A DNA stretch of 62,434 nucleotides, the filler included, from Chiloscyllium plagiosum (lineage: Eukaryota), in NCBI RefSeq assembly GCF_004010195.1. It is 4 parts of one record of this genome, joined end to end, with 100 filler letters (N's around TTAATTAATTAA, not from the genome) between each part and the next. Parts side by side here need not be neighbours in the genome. Positions count along the whole stretch, not along the records: positions 1 to 23,225 come from NC_057710.1; 3 more parts are not named here. One strand, 5' to 3'. The notes under the pieces are model-generated. The model made no database searches, had not been told where the DNA came from, and was given only the letters and a program-made list of their open reading frames with translations. This document shows, piece after piece, positions 1 through 12,640 of this stretch. How positions within the stretch are numbered: position 1 is the stretch's first letter; each line of letters starts with the position of its first letter. The position numbers were made by a program, and so were the translations under genes.

Positions 1-430
1 CTTGTCCCTGCCTGCCCTGACTGTTTGACTCACTTCTGTTCTCAGCTGTACCCGTCTCAAATCGATCTCTTTCCTCACTATCTCCCTGAGTCCCATCCCC
101 CCACCTTACTAGTTTAAATTCTCCCAAGCAGTTCTAGCAAATTTCTCTGCCAGTATGTTGGTCCCCTTCCAATTTAAGTGCAATCCGTCCTTCTTGTACA
201 GGTCACTCTTACCCCAAAAGAGATTCCAATGATCCAAAAATGTGAATCCTTCTCCCATACACCAGCTCCTCAGCCATGCATTCATCTGCTCTATCCTCCT
301 ATTCCTGCCCTCACTAGCTCGTAGCACTGGGAGTGATCCAGATGATCCAGATGTTACTACCCTTGAGGACCTCCTTTTTAAATTTCTGCCTAACTCTCTG
401 TAATCTCCCTTCAGAGTCTCAACCTTTTCC
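1..430 (-). mobile_element. CR1-type LINE fragment, ORF1 SGNH/GDSL esterase C-terminal part
   Basis: ORF 109-447(-) gives NAWLRSWCMGEGFTFLDHW...DLYKKDGLHLN, typical of the CR1 ORF1 esterase. The same family occurs on + at ~44930-45145. Confidence 0.8.
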
Positions 431-701
431 CTCTTCCCCTGTATCACTGCAGCACCTCAGTGAAACTGCCAGCAGCATGTTGCTACAGGTTCTGCAATTG
501 AGCTTCCAGTTCCCTGGTCTGCCTGTCTTCCTTAAGTAGACAAGTGTCCTGAAGATCTTAACTAGTCCTCAACTAAAATTGGCAATGACGTTGGGCTTCC
601 TGACATTCCCAAAAAGATTCAGCCCATACATTTGTGCACATGAGAGCCAGGAAGAATAACAGTACAGTTGTCAACAGTAACAAGAGAAGGTGTAATACAA
701 T

Positions 702-900
702 GCCTCGGTTATCAACAACAGCAAGAGTGAGCTGGGATACAATGGTAGGGTTATAGACAGTTGTGAGAGAGAGTGGGGAACCAGTGATAGGGTCATAAAC
801 AGCAATGAGGGAAAGTGGGGACGCAGTGATGGGATCATAAATAGTGACGAGGGAGATTGGGGGCCCAATGATAGGGTCATAAACAGTGACGAGAAAATCG
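702..900. repeat. Degenerate 42-bp minisatellite, about 4.7 copies
   Basis: Units start at 702, 744, 786, 828 and 870 with core GATAGGGTCATAAACAG...GAGGGA.AGTGGGG. Confidence 0.8.
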
Positions 901-919
901 CCCAGGTATGTACTGAACA

Positions 920-2190
920 TAAAAATCAGGACAAATCCAACCCAGCCAATTATTACCCAATCTGTTTACTCTCAATCATCAGCAAAATGATGGAAGGTAT
1001 CATCAGTAATGCTATCGAGCAGCACCTGCTCAGCAATAACTTGCTCAGCGATGCTCAGTTTGGGTTCCTTCAGGGCCACTTAGCTCCTGACCTCATTACA
1101 GCCTTGGTTCAAACATGCACAAAACAGCTGAATTCCAGAGGAGAGATGAGAGTGACAGCTATTGACATTGAGGATGTATTTGACCGAGTGTGGCATTAAG
1201 TTGCCCTGGTAAAACTGGAATCAATGGGTATCAAGGAACAAACTCTCCACTGGTAGGAGCCATTCTTGGCACATGGGAAAATCTTTGCGGTTGATAGAGG
1301 TCAGTCATCTCAGTTCCAGGAAATCTCTGCAAGAGTTCCTCAGGATAGTGTCTTAGGCCTAACCATCTTAAGCAAGGTAGCAGTCCATGTTCAAATGCAA
1401 AAAGATATGGACAATATCAGCGTGGGCTAGCAAGTAACATTCATGCCACACAAATGCCAGGCAATGACCATCTTCAATAAGAAACCAACTAACCACCACC
1501 CCTTGATATTCAATGGTGTTACCATCACTAAATGCCCTACTTCAATATCCTGGGGGCTTACCATTAACCAGAAAATCAACTGGACTCACCACATAAACAC
1601 ACTTGCTACTACAGCAGGTCAGAGGCTAGGAATACTACAAGAAGAAACTCACCTGAATCCGCAAAATCTGTACACCATCTACAAGGCCCAAGTCAGGAGT
1701 GTGATGGAATACTCCCCACTTGCCTGGATGAATACAACTCCAGCAACACATAAGCTTGACACTATCCAGGACAAAGCAACCTACTTGATTGGCACCACAA
1801 CCACAAGCATCCACTCCCTCCACCAGCGACGCTCAGTAGCAGCAGTGTGTACTATCTACAATAGGCATTGCAGAAAGTCATCAAAGATCCTCAGACAGCA
1901 CTTTCCAAACCCATGGCCACTTCCATCTAGAAAGATAAGGGCAGCAGATATATAGGAACATCACCAAGACACACACCATCCTGACTTGGAAATATAGTGC
2001 CATTCTTTCACTGTCGCTGGGTCAAAATCCCAAATTCCTTCCCTAATGGCATTGTGGGTCAACCCACAGCTTGTGGACTGCAGCAGTTCAAGATGGAAGC
2101 TCACCACAACCTTCTCCAGGGCATCTCGGGACGGGCAATAAATGCTGGCTGGCCAGTGATGCCCACATCCCTCAAGTGAATAAAAAAAAC
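920..2190 (+). mobile_element. Decayed CR1/L2-clade LINE, RT to 3' end
   Basis: Broken RT peptides LLSDAQFGF, IDIEDVFDRVWH and YKAQVRSVMEYSPLAW; ends GGGCAATAAATGCTGG...CCCACATCCC...GAATAAAAAAAA. Confidence 0.85.
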
Positions 2191-2354
2191 ACAATATTTT
2201 ATTACCTGTGTTAAGCATAAATAAAGCTAACTAAAAGCACAATGGCAGATCTTTTCGTTTTGTGTCAAAAGTGTTTTTGAATAAAATATGTGTGAGTCTA
2301 TGTTTTAGGATAGGAGAAGGTCATTTTTGAAGTAGTTGTACAAATGTTTGCCTG

Positions 2355-2490
2355 TTCTGGAGAAGGGCCAATGGACACAAAAGGTTAAATCTGCTTTCCC
2401 TCCAAAGATGCTGCCTGACCTGCTGAGTTTCTCCGGCAATTTCTACTTTTGGTCCTGATTTCCAGCATCCCCAGTTCTTTGGCCTTTTGT
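2355..2490 (+). mobile_element. Degenerate solo PLE-type terminal repeat (hammerhead remnant)
   Basis: CTGGAGAAGGGCCAATGGACACAAAAGGTTAA followed by GATGCTGCCTGACCTGCTGAG...CCAGCATC, as in other copies in the window. Confidence 0.6.
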
Positions 2491-3899
2491 TTGCCTATCA
2501 TACTGCTTTCACCCTCACGTCCATTCCACTTTTGATGAGCTTAATTTAATTTGTTAAAGGACTTAGAATGCCAGGTATATCTGTGATATTGATCACCCGG
2601 TTCAATATGTGTTAATGTCTCTGTTGACTCTGCCCCTTCAAACAACAAGCAGTGTGGGAACCTTGACTTCACATCATGACTGAGTGGGAGCACTCAGATT
2701 CTCTTGCAAATTCATCTGCTTTTATTCATGATGATTTTACAACTGATGGCCCATCGACCCAAATGCTTTTCTCCACAGTAGTTGTTTCTATTTATTGTGT
2801 TTTCATATTTTGTGTTTAAATCTAGTGGCTGCCGACAGTAGCATTATATGTGGAATACCAACATGAATCTATTATCTTAATAACTTTTATTTTGCTGTAT
2901 ACCTCCATTGCATGAACCCACCATAAAAACTGAGTCTTACACATTAAATCCAAATGCTGTGGAAAGTGTGCATTTGCTGTATTACTAGGAAGTAACATTT
3001 ATCTATTGCCTCAGATCTTTCATTATGTCTGCACACCCCAACCTCTGCCAGAAGCCTGCAATGAACTCTGTAACTGTTCACACTGAGCTGCATCCAGACC
3101 AGAATTCCCTTCTCCCTGTTCACAATAACATTGACTGAGACACAATCACTTCAATTCTAAAGGTTGTCCCAGTTCATATCACTCTCACAGTACCTTTTTA
3201 GGTGGGGCCAGAATGTAACAACACTTTATTCTCATCAAATTCAAAGTCTACAGTAAAGTGCCTTCAGGGAAAGAAAAGAAATTGATTTCTGTGGTGCCTT
3301 ATAGTCCCCCAAACCTTTGGGATATCCTAAGAATTTCACGGTTAGTGCATAACTTCTGGAATTGTTGTCTTGTCGACAGATCTTGCGGGCAATGTGCATG
3401 GTATAGATCCATATACAGAGATTGGAATAAACAAGCATCTAATTTTATTGATGCTATTTGAATACAGAATTTTCAGTAGGATGTCAGGAGAATAATTCTT
3501 CTTCACAGTGCTTGAATTGCAAAATTCTCACCATTGTTTTCAAATCCCCCCATGGCCTGGTCCGTCCTTTGCCTGGAAGTGGAACACACAATCAAGGGCT
3601 TTCCCAGCTGTGACTAGACCCTACTTTTAAAATGGCTGCCTAAGAAGGGGTGGAGGAGAATGTGTGCAGGCTATATTACAGTTCAGGGTAGGTACATGAC
3701 CCTATACAGAGTGAAGGCTCTATACAAAAAACAAAAAAAAATCCTTCAGCTTCACCTCTCACATCCACTCACCCTTTCCCACAAACTCCCATGCGTCATC
3801 ATGCAAAACCCTACCAACCACTATGATAATTTCCTCTAAACCCTCATAACCTCCATGCCAACCTGTTCCCTTTGTACATTCTAGCCCCTCATGACTGCA

Positions 3900-5095
3900 C
3901 TGCCATTCAACAAGATCATTGCTGATCTTCCACAGGCCTGAATTCCTTTTGGTGCCAGCTCATCATAGCCCTCAACTCCCTGACATTTCAAAAATCTATC
4001 TACCTCCTGCATAAATGCTTTCAATGATCTTGCCTCTACAACTCTCTGGGGCAGAGAATGCTAGACATTTACTACCTTCTGCATTAAATCTTTTGCATCT
4101 CAATTTTAAATGAATGTTCCCTTGTTAGAGACTCCCCCATAAATGGGAACAGCTTCTCAACATCTACCCTGACAAGCCTCCTCAAAATCTGATCTGCTTC
4201 AATAAGATCACACTTCAGTCTTCTAAATTCTAATGAATAAAGGCCTAACCTGTTTAGCTGTTCATAAGAAATGAACCCCTTTGTCCTAAGAATCAGCCTA
4301 GTGAGTCTCTTTTGAGCTATCTCCAATGTCAACATATCCTTTTTAAATTATAGGGACCAAAATTGTACACAGCATTCCTGGTGCCACCTCACTAACACCC
4401 TGTACAGTTGTAACAAGTCTTCCCTGCTTTTAAAGTCCACTGTCCTCACAATAAAAGTCAAAATTCCATTTGCCTTCTTAATTATGTGTTGCATTTGCAT
4501 GTTAACATTTTGAGTGTCATGCACAAGAACATCCAGATCCATCCACTTTCTTTTGGACTCTCTCTCTATTTTAAATAATAGTCTGATATTTGATTCTTCC
4601 CACCAAGTGCATGATCTCATATTTTCCTGCATTAAATTACTTCTGCCAATTTCTGCCCATTCACTTCAACTATCCTTTGCAGATTCCATGTGTTATTATC
4701 TATCAACATGCCCTTCCACCTATTTTGTACCATCAGCAAATTTGCATGCATTGCACTCTGACCCCTCCAAGTCTGAAATATATTGTAGCCCTCGAACTGC
4801 TCTTTGTGACACTCCCCTAGTGAAGCCTTTACAAGGATCATTATTCCCAAATCTCCAGCCTCTGTGTATAAACCAATCCTCAATCCGTTAATACATTATC
4901 CCAGTACCATGAGTTCCTATCTTGTGCAAGAACCTTTTATGCGACACCTTATCAAATGCATTCTGGAAACCCAAATACATTACATCTTTCAGTTTACCTT
5001 TATTAAATTTGCTTGTCATATCCTCAAAGGTCTCTCGAAAAAAAAAATCAGCCATGGTTTCCTTTTCAAAAAATCATGTTGACTCAGTTTGATTC
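3900..5095 (-). mobile_element. Decayed CR1 LINE, 3' part of ORF2
   Basis: Minus-strand peptides KKANGILTFI, LYRVLVR...CVQFWS and RLGLYSLEFRRL. Confidence 0.85.
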
Positions 5096-5614
5096 TGTTA
5101 ACACTCATTTACTATATAAAAGCTTTTAACAACAAACAGTTCATTCAATGCAGAATCCATTCCAAGAAAAATTGAAATCCATAGACCCACTTCGGATAGT
5201 CAATAACAACTTGTAGTTTTCAATCAAACTGTGAAATGGCAGGCACTCTACTGTGATAATGGATGATTGTGAAATCATTCATGTAGCAGTAATCCAGCAA
5301 TGGAAAGATTTTGTCAAGAGAGTGAAACAGCAAGCTTTTTTGGAACATATCTTTTAAAAGATGTAAAGGGCAGAACTTGCAAGTGTCTTAACAACTTGAC
5401 ACTTTGCTTTGAACACTTCTTGATACTTTTGGTATGTCCATTGACGGTTCCAATGAGCTTTACAGTTAATGAATGTATGTACTTTTTATGTACATTCATG
5501 CTGACATTTTACAGTTCAAAAGAGCATTTTATCATCCCAAAAGGGATACCTGACCTTCCCCACAAAATGCAGGCCTGCTCTTCATAGATCTACTTTACAC
5601 ATGTCTGGATTATC

Positions 5615-5815
5615 AAAATAAAACAAAGAGCTGCAGATGCTGGAGATTTGAAATAAAAACAGAAATTGCTGGAGAAACTCACCAGGTGTGGCAGCTAGGA
5701 AAATGCTACTAACAGTTCTGATGAAGACTTGCCAGTTTTGAAACGTTAACTCTGCTTTCTTTCCAAAGGTGATGCCAGACTTGCTGAGTTATCCCAGCAA
5801 TTCCTATTTATGTTT
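5615..5815. mobile_element. Fold-back PLE-type terminal repeat containing a hammerhead motif
   Basis: Left arm AGAAATTGCTGGAGAAACTCACCAGG is roughly complementary to right arm CTTGCTGAGTTATCCCAGCAATTCCT; hammerhead motif at 5714-5751. Confidence 0.7.
5714..5751 (+). ncRNA. Putative minimal type-I hammerhead ribozyme (family B)
   Basis: Stem I AGTT/AACT, core CTGATGA, imperfect stem II AGACT-tgcc-AGTTT, GAA, palindrome ACGT, predicted cleavage after GUU (5747). Confidence 0.6.
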
Positions 5816-6981
5816 CTGGAAGACTCAGATCTGGGTTGAGTGATAGTAGCTGTTGACATAACTGGCTAGCTGCGTCTTTGATATGCTCATACATGAAATG
5901 TCAAACTGCTTCATTCCTGGCCCTACAAAAATGGGAGGTGCAACGTTTGGAGGTGGGATTAGTAATTTCCATGCTAAACCACCATTTTTGCTCTGATAGT
6001 TGAGATACTTCAGTGTCATAAAAATCCAGGTGTCTATCTCCTCCTGACTGTCAACTCTCTGAGATGTCTGAAATTTTCTAATTCTGGCCTACTGTATATT
6101 TTGATTTTAATTTTCCCATCGTTGATAGTCATACCATTGCCTCAACCCAAGCTCTGGAATACCCTCCATTAACCTCTTCAAATCTCGGTCTCTGTGTATC
6201 TATTTAAGACATTCCTTCATTCCTATCACTTTGAGCTTGCTTTTTATCATCTCACTTAATATCCCCTTTTGTTACTAAAGGCATATGAGATTGTTAACAT
6301 CAACATCAGCAGCTGGATACGATACAGTTTAACATCTCATTCAAAAACAAAAAGAGTGCGTCCCAAGGAGGAACTGGTGCTGTCATTGTAATGTCACTGG
6401 ACTAGTAACCCAGAACGCCAGACTGATGTTCTAGAGAACAAACACAAAAAACGCTGGAGAAACTCAGCAGGTCTGACAGTATTTGTTGGGACAGAAACAG
6501 AAGCATTTAATGTTTTAAGTCTAACCTTACTCTTTCTTAGAACAGAGTCTATTTCTCTCTCCAGACCTTTTCTGCCATAATCCTTGAATAGAAACCAGCC
6601 CGCTGTCCTTAATTGATGGCAAGCCCACCCTCTGACACAAATCAATCAATCTGGGAAAAAAATCATTGCCTGGTGACAGTGAATATACAATGCAGGCTTC
6701 TGACCCCTATTTAACCTGGCATTGGGGACCAATACCCAAATGGAAAATTTTGTCCATGCTTAAGATATTTTCAGGGCTGTGCAGGATGACCAAATTGAAC
6801 CGATCTTTAGATCTTTCAAAGGGCCAGCACATGCATTGTAGGCCGAATGGCTTCTTTCTGTGCTGTCTGATTCTATATATTTTCGAAACTATTGCAAAAC
6901 ACTAAGTGCTGCTTCCATTATGATGAAATACACAAGTAATAAGTTTGCAGTAGGGAATTACCATCCTGGAGATTAACATAA

Positions 6982-7287
<306 letters not shown>

Positions 7288-9149
7288 AGGACTACAGTGT
7301 TCATATATAACTGCCACGTTGGTGTAATAAATGAATGTATATTAATCTATGGTTGTATTGGTGTTGACACCAACTAGATATAATGCAACTCAATTTTACA
7401 TTAGAACATTTAATTAAAATAACATTTCCTGCAGAAGATATACCAAAAGTGACCTCAGAGGTTAACCTGCTGTGACTGTGATTAATTTGGTTAATATCCA
7501 CTTTCCTGAACATTTGAAGTGCTATTCCAGGCATGAAACTGAGGAAATGTATTTAATCTATCCAAATTCAAACAAAGGAATATTATGTTTACAATATTCA
7601 AACCAGGTAAGGGAGAAACAAACTTTGAATTAAAGTATTTTTCTACAAGGATAAGCTTAATCAAACCATAAAAGGTCAAAAATGATCATATCACTGAAAT
7701 TCATCAGTCTAACCATGGACATCTGGATTTTTGGCATTCTGTATAAAATTAGAAATGTTTTGCAATTATAATTTGGAGCTCTCCTTTTAACTGTTCCAAT
7801 TGAATTACATTATTGACAATATCGAAGGAGTTGCCAAAATAGGAGTTAAGTCTGAAATCTCAAATGTACCTTCAATATGTGGCAATATAGTTTCCTGAAT
7901 GTAGAACTTTACCCTAAACCCTATTTAAATTCAATCCTCATCACAGTTTTTGTCACACACTTTATTGTGTGGTGGTTAGCTGGTAGCACTTGAAATGTAG
8001 CAGTCTTGTCAAGGGAATCAAGAAGAAATTTAATTGTCTTCTGTCAGTTATTTGGATTGCTGAAAGCAAATTGAAGGCAGGTAAGTAGAATTCCTACAAA
8101 AATGCTCCTTTACCAAGTATCATAGACACAGGCCATGGTTATATTGCACTTTGCTTGAATACCTTCTGTCCACATATACAAGTGCATTAATGATGAATGT
8201 TGTAGTATTTGTATTACTTGTACTAAGAGTAATTTTATCAAGGAAATGAATTTTAAAAGTAGATAGTAATTATTTTATCCCATGGAAGATGTTTCTTATA
8301 TACTTTCAGATTGACTACTGTGGTAGAAAATTACCACATCTTGTGTCTATAAAGAGTTCAGTGCAATTGCTGACTAATATTACTCAAAACATATCCTGCA
8401 AATATCAATAAATGTTCAAAGACAGGTAGCTCATAAAATCTAGCATATGTAAATAAAGCATAAAGTATCTGGCCAGAAATCGAGAGGAAGTGCCATTCTG
8501 GTTGCAATAGTTTATAGTTTTAAGTGAAAAAAAGCCAACAGGCTTTGATGATTAAAATGAAAGTCAAAATATTCATCCCAGATAAGGCAATATTCAAAAA
8601 TCTGGGGATCTCTTATCAAAACATGTGTCTTCCCTAGCTTCATATTGTTTCCCTGTGAAGAAGGGTTTATGAAATATATTCTGATGTGTGGTAAGTCTTT
8701 TGGTTTGTTTAAGAATGTAGCATTTTATGGCTGTGCTGATACTTATGACATGAAGGTAACATCATGACGTGGCAAAAAGCTAGGAAATGCTGGAAATCTG
8801 TATTAAAACAGACAACTGGAGAAATGCAACAGGTTCATCTGTATTTGAAGTTGCAAGATAGGCCAATGCTTGGATTCAGTCCTTCATTAGAACTGGAACC
8901 ACAAAGTCAGAGATATGCCTTTTTACAACTGACCAAAGGAAAATAAGGATGGAGCATGCAACAGGTAGTGTTCAATTCTACTAAGTGTTTTCACAAAGAG
9001 TCAACTAATTGATATAATAATCAATGCATTGTGAAATTGTGGAAAGCAATATAAAGTGTTTCACACTAAGAAAATTTAAAATTTACCATGGTCTAACGAT
9101 AGTCGCATACTGTGCACTATACCAAGATGGCAGCCATAGATCGATTAAT

Positions 9150-9365
9150 GCTTCTGAGTTGGGACATAGTGATCTCAAGTCCAACTCCAAAGACTTGAGC
9201 ATAAGACTAAAGCTGCCACATCAGGAAAGTACCGATGGAGCATGCACTGCCATCAGTGCCATTTTTCAGATCAAATATTGAACTTAGGCCCCAGCTGCTA
9301 TCTCTGGTGAATGTATAGGATCCCCGGCAATATTTTGAACAACAGGAGATTATGCCCCATTGTTT
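9150..9365 (+). mobile_element. Old DeuSINE-like (SacSINE1/AmnSINE1-related) fragment
   Basis: GTGCCATTTTTCAGATCAAATATTGAACTTAGGCCCCAGCTGC...GGTGAATGTATAGGATCCC resembles the Deu central domain as I recall it. Confidence 0.5.
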
Positions 9366-10479
9366 TAAGTTCAGTTGCTGTCTCCTAAAGTAATTAACCA
9401 ATGAATTTCCCTTTTATGTCCCCTGTGCTGTGTTGTGCCTGTTCTGTGGACATTTCCAGCATTGTGTATTAATGTGAATAGAAATAGTGAACAAGGCCAC
9501 AGGACATTAATGCCAGATTAGTAAATCATTACCAAGATCTTACAAGGTGAGGATAGTGTAATCATAATAAAATAACAAACTGTACGATATAGTCTCTGTG
9601 GTAATATTCAGAATATGTGGAATGTTCCAAAAGACAATGCACTGGGACAGAACTAAATTATGGGTCAGATTTTCAGCTGTTGATCATGAATTCACAGAAA
9701 AAATCTGTCCTACTGAAGAAACTTTTATTTCATTGTTTATCCCATAAATACTTGATTTGTTTGCCTTTCCTTTCTCTCGAATTTATTGCCCATCGAGTGC
9801 TGTTCCCTAGACACCGGGAGTGGATTTTCCAGGATGGTGACCATTGTGTGTGAAGTATTTTGCCACTGCTCTGATGATGTGCATTACTCTGTGATGGCTC
9901 TCTCACATATTTCCACTGCAGGAGGCCATTTCACACCCCAATTGCCTCCCCACACCAGGATGTGGACGGTCAATTACTGGTCATAGAGCCAGTTATGGGA
10001 GTTGTCCTTCCCCACCCTCTCCCCTAGGTCATGTGGAAGCCACCATTTCCATGGAGATGACCATCATGTGGCAGGTTTGGCTTGGAGAGAGCAATGCCAG
10101 CAGAGCTATTCCCAAATAGGGACCTGCCACCATTAAGAGGCTGCAGCAACCACTGCTGAAATGAATTTACAAGGAGTGATTTTCCCTCCACTTTGAGGAA
10201 TCTAACTGCTTTTTCTCCCTAATCATTTTAATTTTCAATGCAGCTCTCCAAGGTTGTATCCATGTTGAAATGCCCTTGTGGTACCCAACCTCTCTCAACA
10301 GCTACTGAGGCATCAGGAGCTGCCATGCCTCTGCCTGAGCCAGTAAGTGCAGGCCCAAGACCCCCATGAGCTGCCAGTGTCAGGATCCAGAGCTCCATGG
10401 GAAAATCCAGCCTTTGAGTGAGTGCTTGAACATTGAGTATTGAGAAGCTATTTGGCTACAGTTTCAGTCAAGTCCAACA

Positions 10480-11345
10480 CTCATATAGCACCCAGGTAAT
10501 GTTCTGGGGACCCGGGTTCAAACCCCACTTCAGCAGATGGTAAAATTTGAATTCAATAAAATTCTGGAATTAAAAGTCTAGTGATGACCTTGAATCCATT
10601 GCTGATTGTGGGAAAAACCCATCTAATGTATGGGTGGCATGGTGGCACAGTGGTTAGCACTGCTGCCTCGCAGCGCCAGAGATCCGGGTTCAATTCCCGC
10701 CTCGGGCGACTGACTGTGTGGAGTTTGCACGTTCTCCCCGTGTCTGCGTGGGTTTCCTCCGGGTGCTCCGGTTTCCTCCCACAGTCCAAAGATGTGCAGG
10801 TCAGGTGAATTGGCCATGCTAAATTGCCCGTAGTGTTAGGTAAGGGGTAAATGTAGGGGTATGGGTGGGTTACGCTTCGGCGGGTCGGTGTGGACTTGTT
10901 GGGCCGAAGGGCCTGTTTCCACACTGTAAAGTAATCTAATCTAATCTAATGTCCCTTAGGGAAAAAAACGGCCAACCTTATCTGGTCTGACCCATGTGAT
11001 GATGTGTGTCACTCTGTGATGGCTTTCTGTCTCATTATGGGTCAAATTTTCAGCCATTGATTATGATTTTATAGAAAAAAATCTGTCGTTCTGAAGAAAA
11101 TTTTATTTCATTTTTTAGCCTATAAATATTTGATTGGTTTGCCTTTTCTTTCTCTCAAATCTGATGTCCATCAAGTGCTGTTCCCCGAGACACGGGGAGT
11201 GGATTTTCCAAGATGGTAATCATTGCTAACCTTAACTGGTCTGCCCATGTGACTCCAGACCCATAGCAATGTAGTTGACTCCCTGTGGCCAATTAGGCAT
11301 GGGTAATAAATGCTGGTCTAGCAGCAACATCCACATCCCATGAAT
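10480..11345 (+). mobile_element. tRNA-derived SINE interrupted by an HE1 SINE and a local duplication
   Basis: B-box GGGTTCAAACCCC at ~10514; the 3' tail GGGTAATAAATGCTGG...CCACATCCCATGAATGAA is shared with the LINE end at ~2130-2180. A related copy lies at ~34440-34700. Confidence 0.7.
10630..10950 (+). mobile_element. Full-length HE1-type V-SINE
   Basis: A-box GGTGGCACAGTGG, B-box GGGTTCAATTCC, V-domain TGTGTGGAGTTTGCACGTTCTCCCCGTGTCTGCGTGGGTTTCCTCCGGGTGCTCCGGTTTCCTCCCACA, (AATCT)n tail. ATCTAATGT is duplicated at 10621-10629 and 10944-10952. Confidence 0.92.
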
Positions 11346-11469
11346 GAACAGAAAAAACACTTACAGATGGGGTTTCTGTATAGTAATCATGGGTGGGAAA
11401 CCTGACCAATTTCATCAGAATCCTGGTGTAGGAAAATTCATGCAAACTGGAATCCCAACAGAAATCAAG

Positions 11470-11615
11470 TGACTATATTCTGTAACACTATCTTCTGTAT
11501 TCTGTTCAAGTCGCTGATGTACTTAGGTACAGCATGGTTTGTCTGGATAGCATACAGAACAATACTTTTCACTTATCTCGGTACATGTGATAATAATAAA
11601 TTAAATCAAATCAAT
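11470..11615 (+). mobile_element. LINE 3' end fragment (possibly Rex1/Babar-like)
   Basis: Tail GTACATGTGATAATAATAAATTAAATCAAATCAA; a similar tail is at ~58985-59010. Confidence 0.4.
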
Positions 11616-12634
11616 TAAATACAGATTAAGGATTGAAGCCAAACATCATTACATCATGCAGTATGTATAAATATCAAAAATTAGATCAATTGACAATTTC
11701 AGTGGTTACTCACATTCAAAATGACCATAGGTCAGCAAGTTGGACAACAGTAACTTTCTCTCAACCTCTTTCACTGGGGCTCCTTGCTGGGGAATGGAAT
11801 CAGTGACAATACACAGAAGAATGAAATCATAAAGATAATGTTGACATTTTAACTTTTAAAAAGTGCATCGATTTTTAGTATGGATGTTATTCTGTAATAC
11901 TTTCTGTAATAGCAGTGCTAGCATACTTTCTGACAGGCAGTTCTGTTAACTGTCAACACAATAGTGATTATTTTGTATCATCAGAAAATGCTGCATTAAT
12001 AACCACAAAGTAACATCATCTTCTGCCTCAGAGGAAGATACATTTGTTCTGCAACTGAGCTAATGAAAAATATCATCCATGGGATAATTTCTAAGCATTG
12101 AGGTTGAGCACTTTCTCCCGTGTTCTTTGCGCCGTTAGAGTGGCTGGTCAGTGCAGTGAAAAGTAAACGTATATACTTGTTTGTTAATTGTGAAGGATTG
12201 GTAATGTTAGCATTCTCACACAAGTGTACTTCTCTCTGTCTTAATTACAAGTGTGCACTGATTTGGAACAGAGACTTTTTGTTACGTCTTGACTATCTTG
12301 TTTTTTTAATTTGATACTGTGTGTAGGTCCCACTGTAGCATCTACTTTGTCAAGTTGTTGGTTTTAATGTCAGCAACACATGATAAATGGTGTACGTACA
12401 GGTACATGACTTTATTGTCTCAGATTTCTGTACTTCATTTGACATATTAGGATCTTCCAGTTTCGTGGTTATGATTTTTTTTAAAAAGTGAACAGCAGGG
12501 GGAAGAAGTTGTACACATTTGTGATTTTGTATGTAGCAATCTAATCTGTAGTATGTGCGGACAACTGCCTTAGTAACAACTGTGACATCTTAAAAGGCAG
12601 GCAATCAGAGTGACTTCATTATGAAGTTTTATCT

Positions 12635-12640
12635 AATAAA
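12635..12640 (+). promoter_or_regulatory. Candidate distal polyadenylation signal of BEND4
   Basis: AATAAA followed about 15 nt later by GTTTTGTTTTTTCCTT. Confidence 0.5.

Noticed and set aside
10630..10705. tRNA gene
   Set aside because: It is the tRNA-derived head of an HE1 SINE, continuing into the V-domain and tail.
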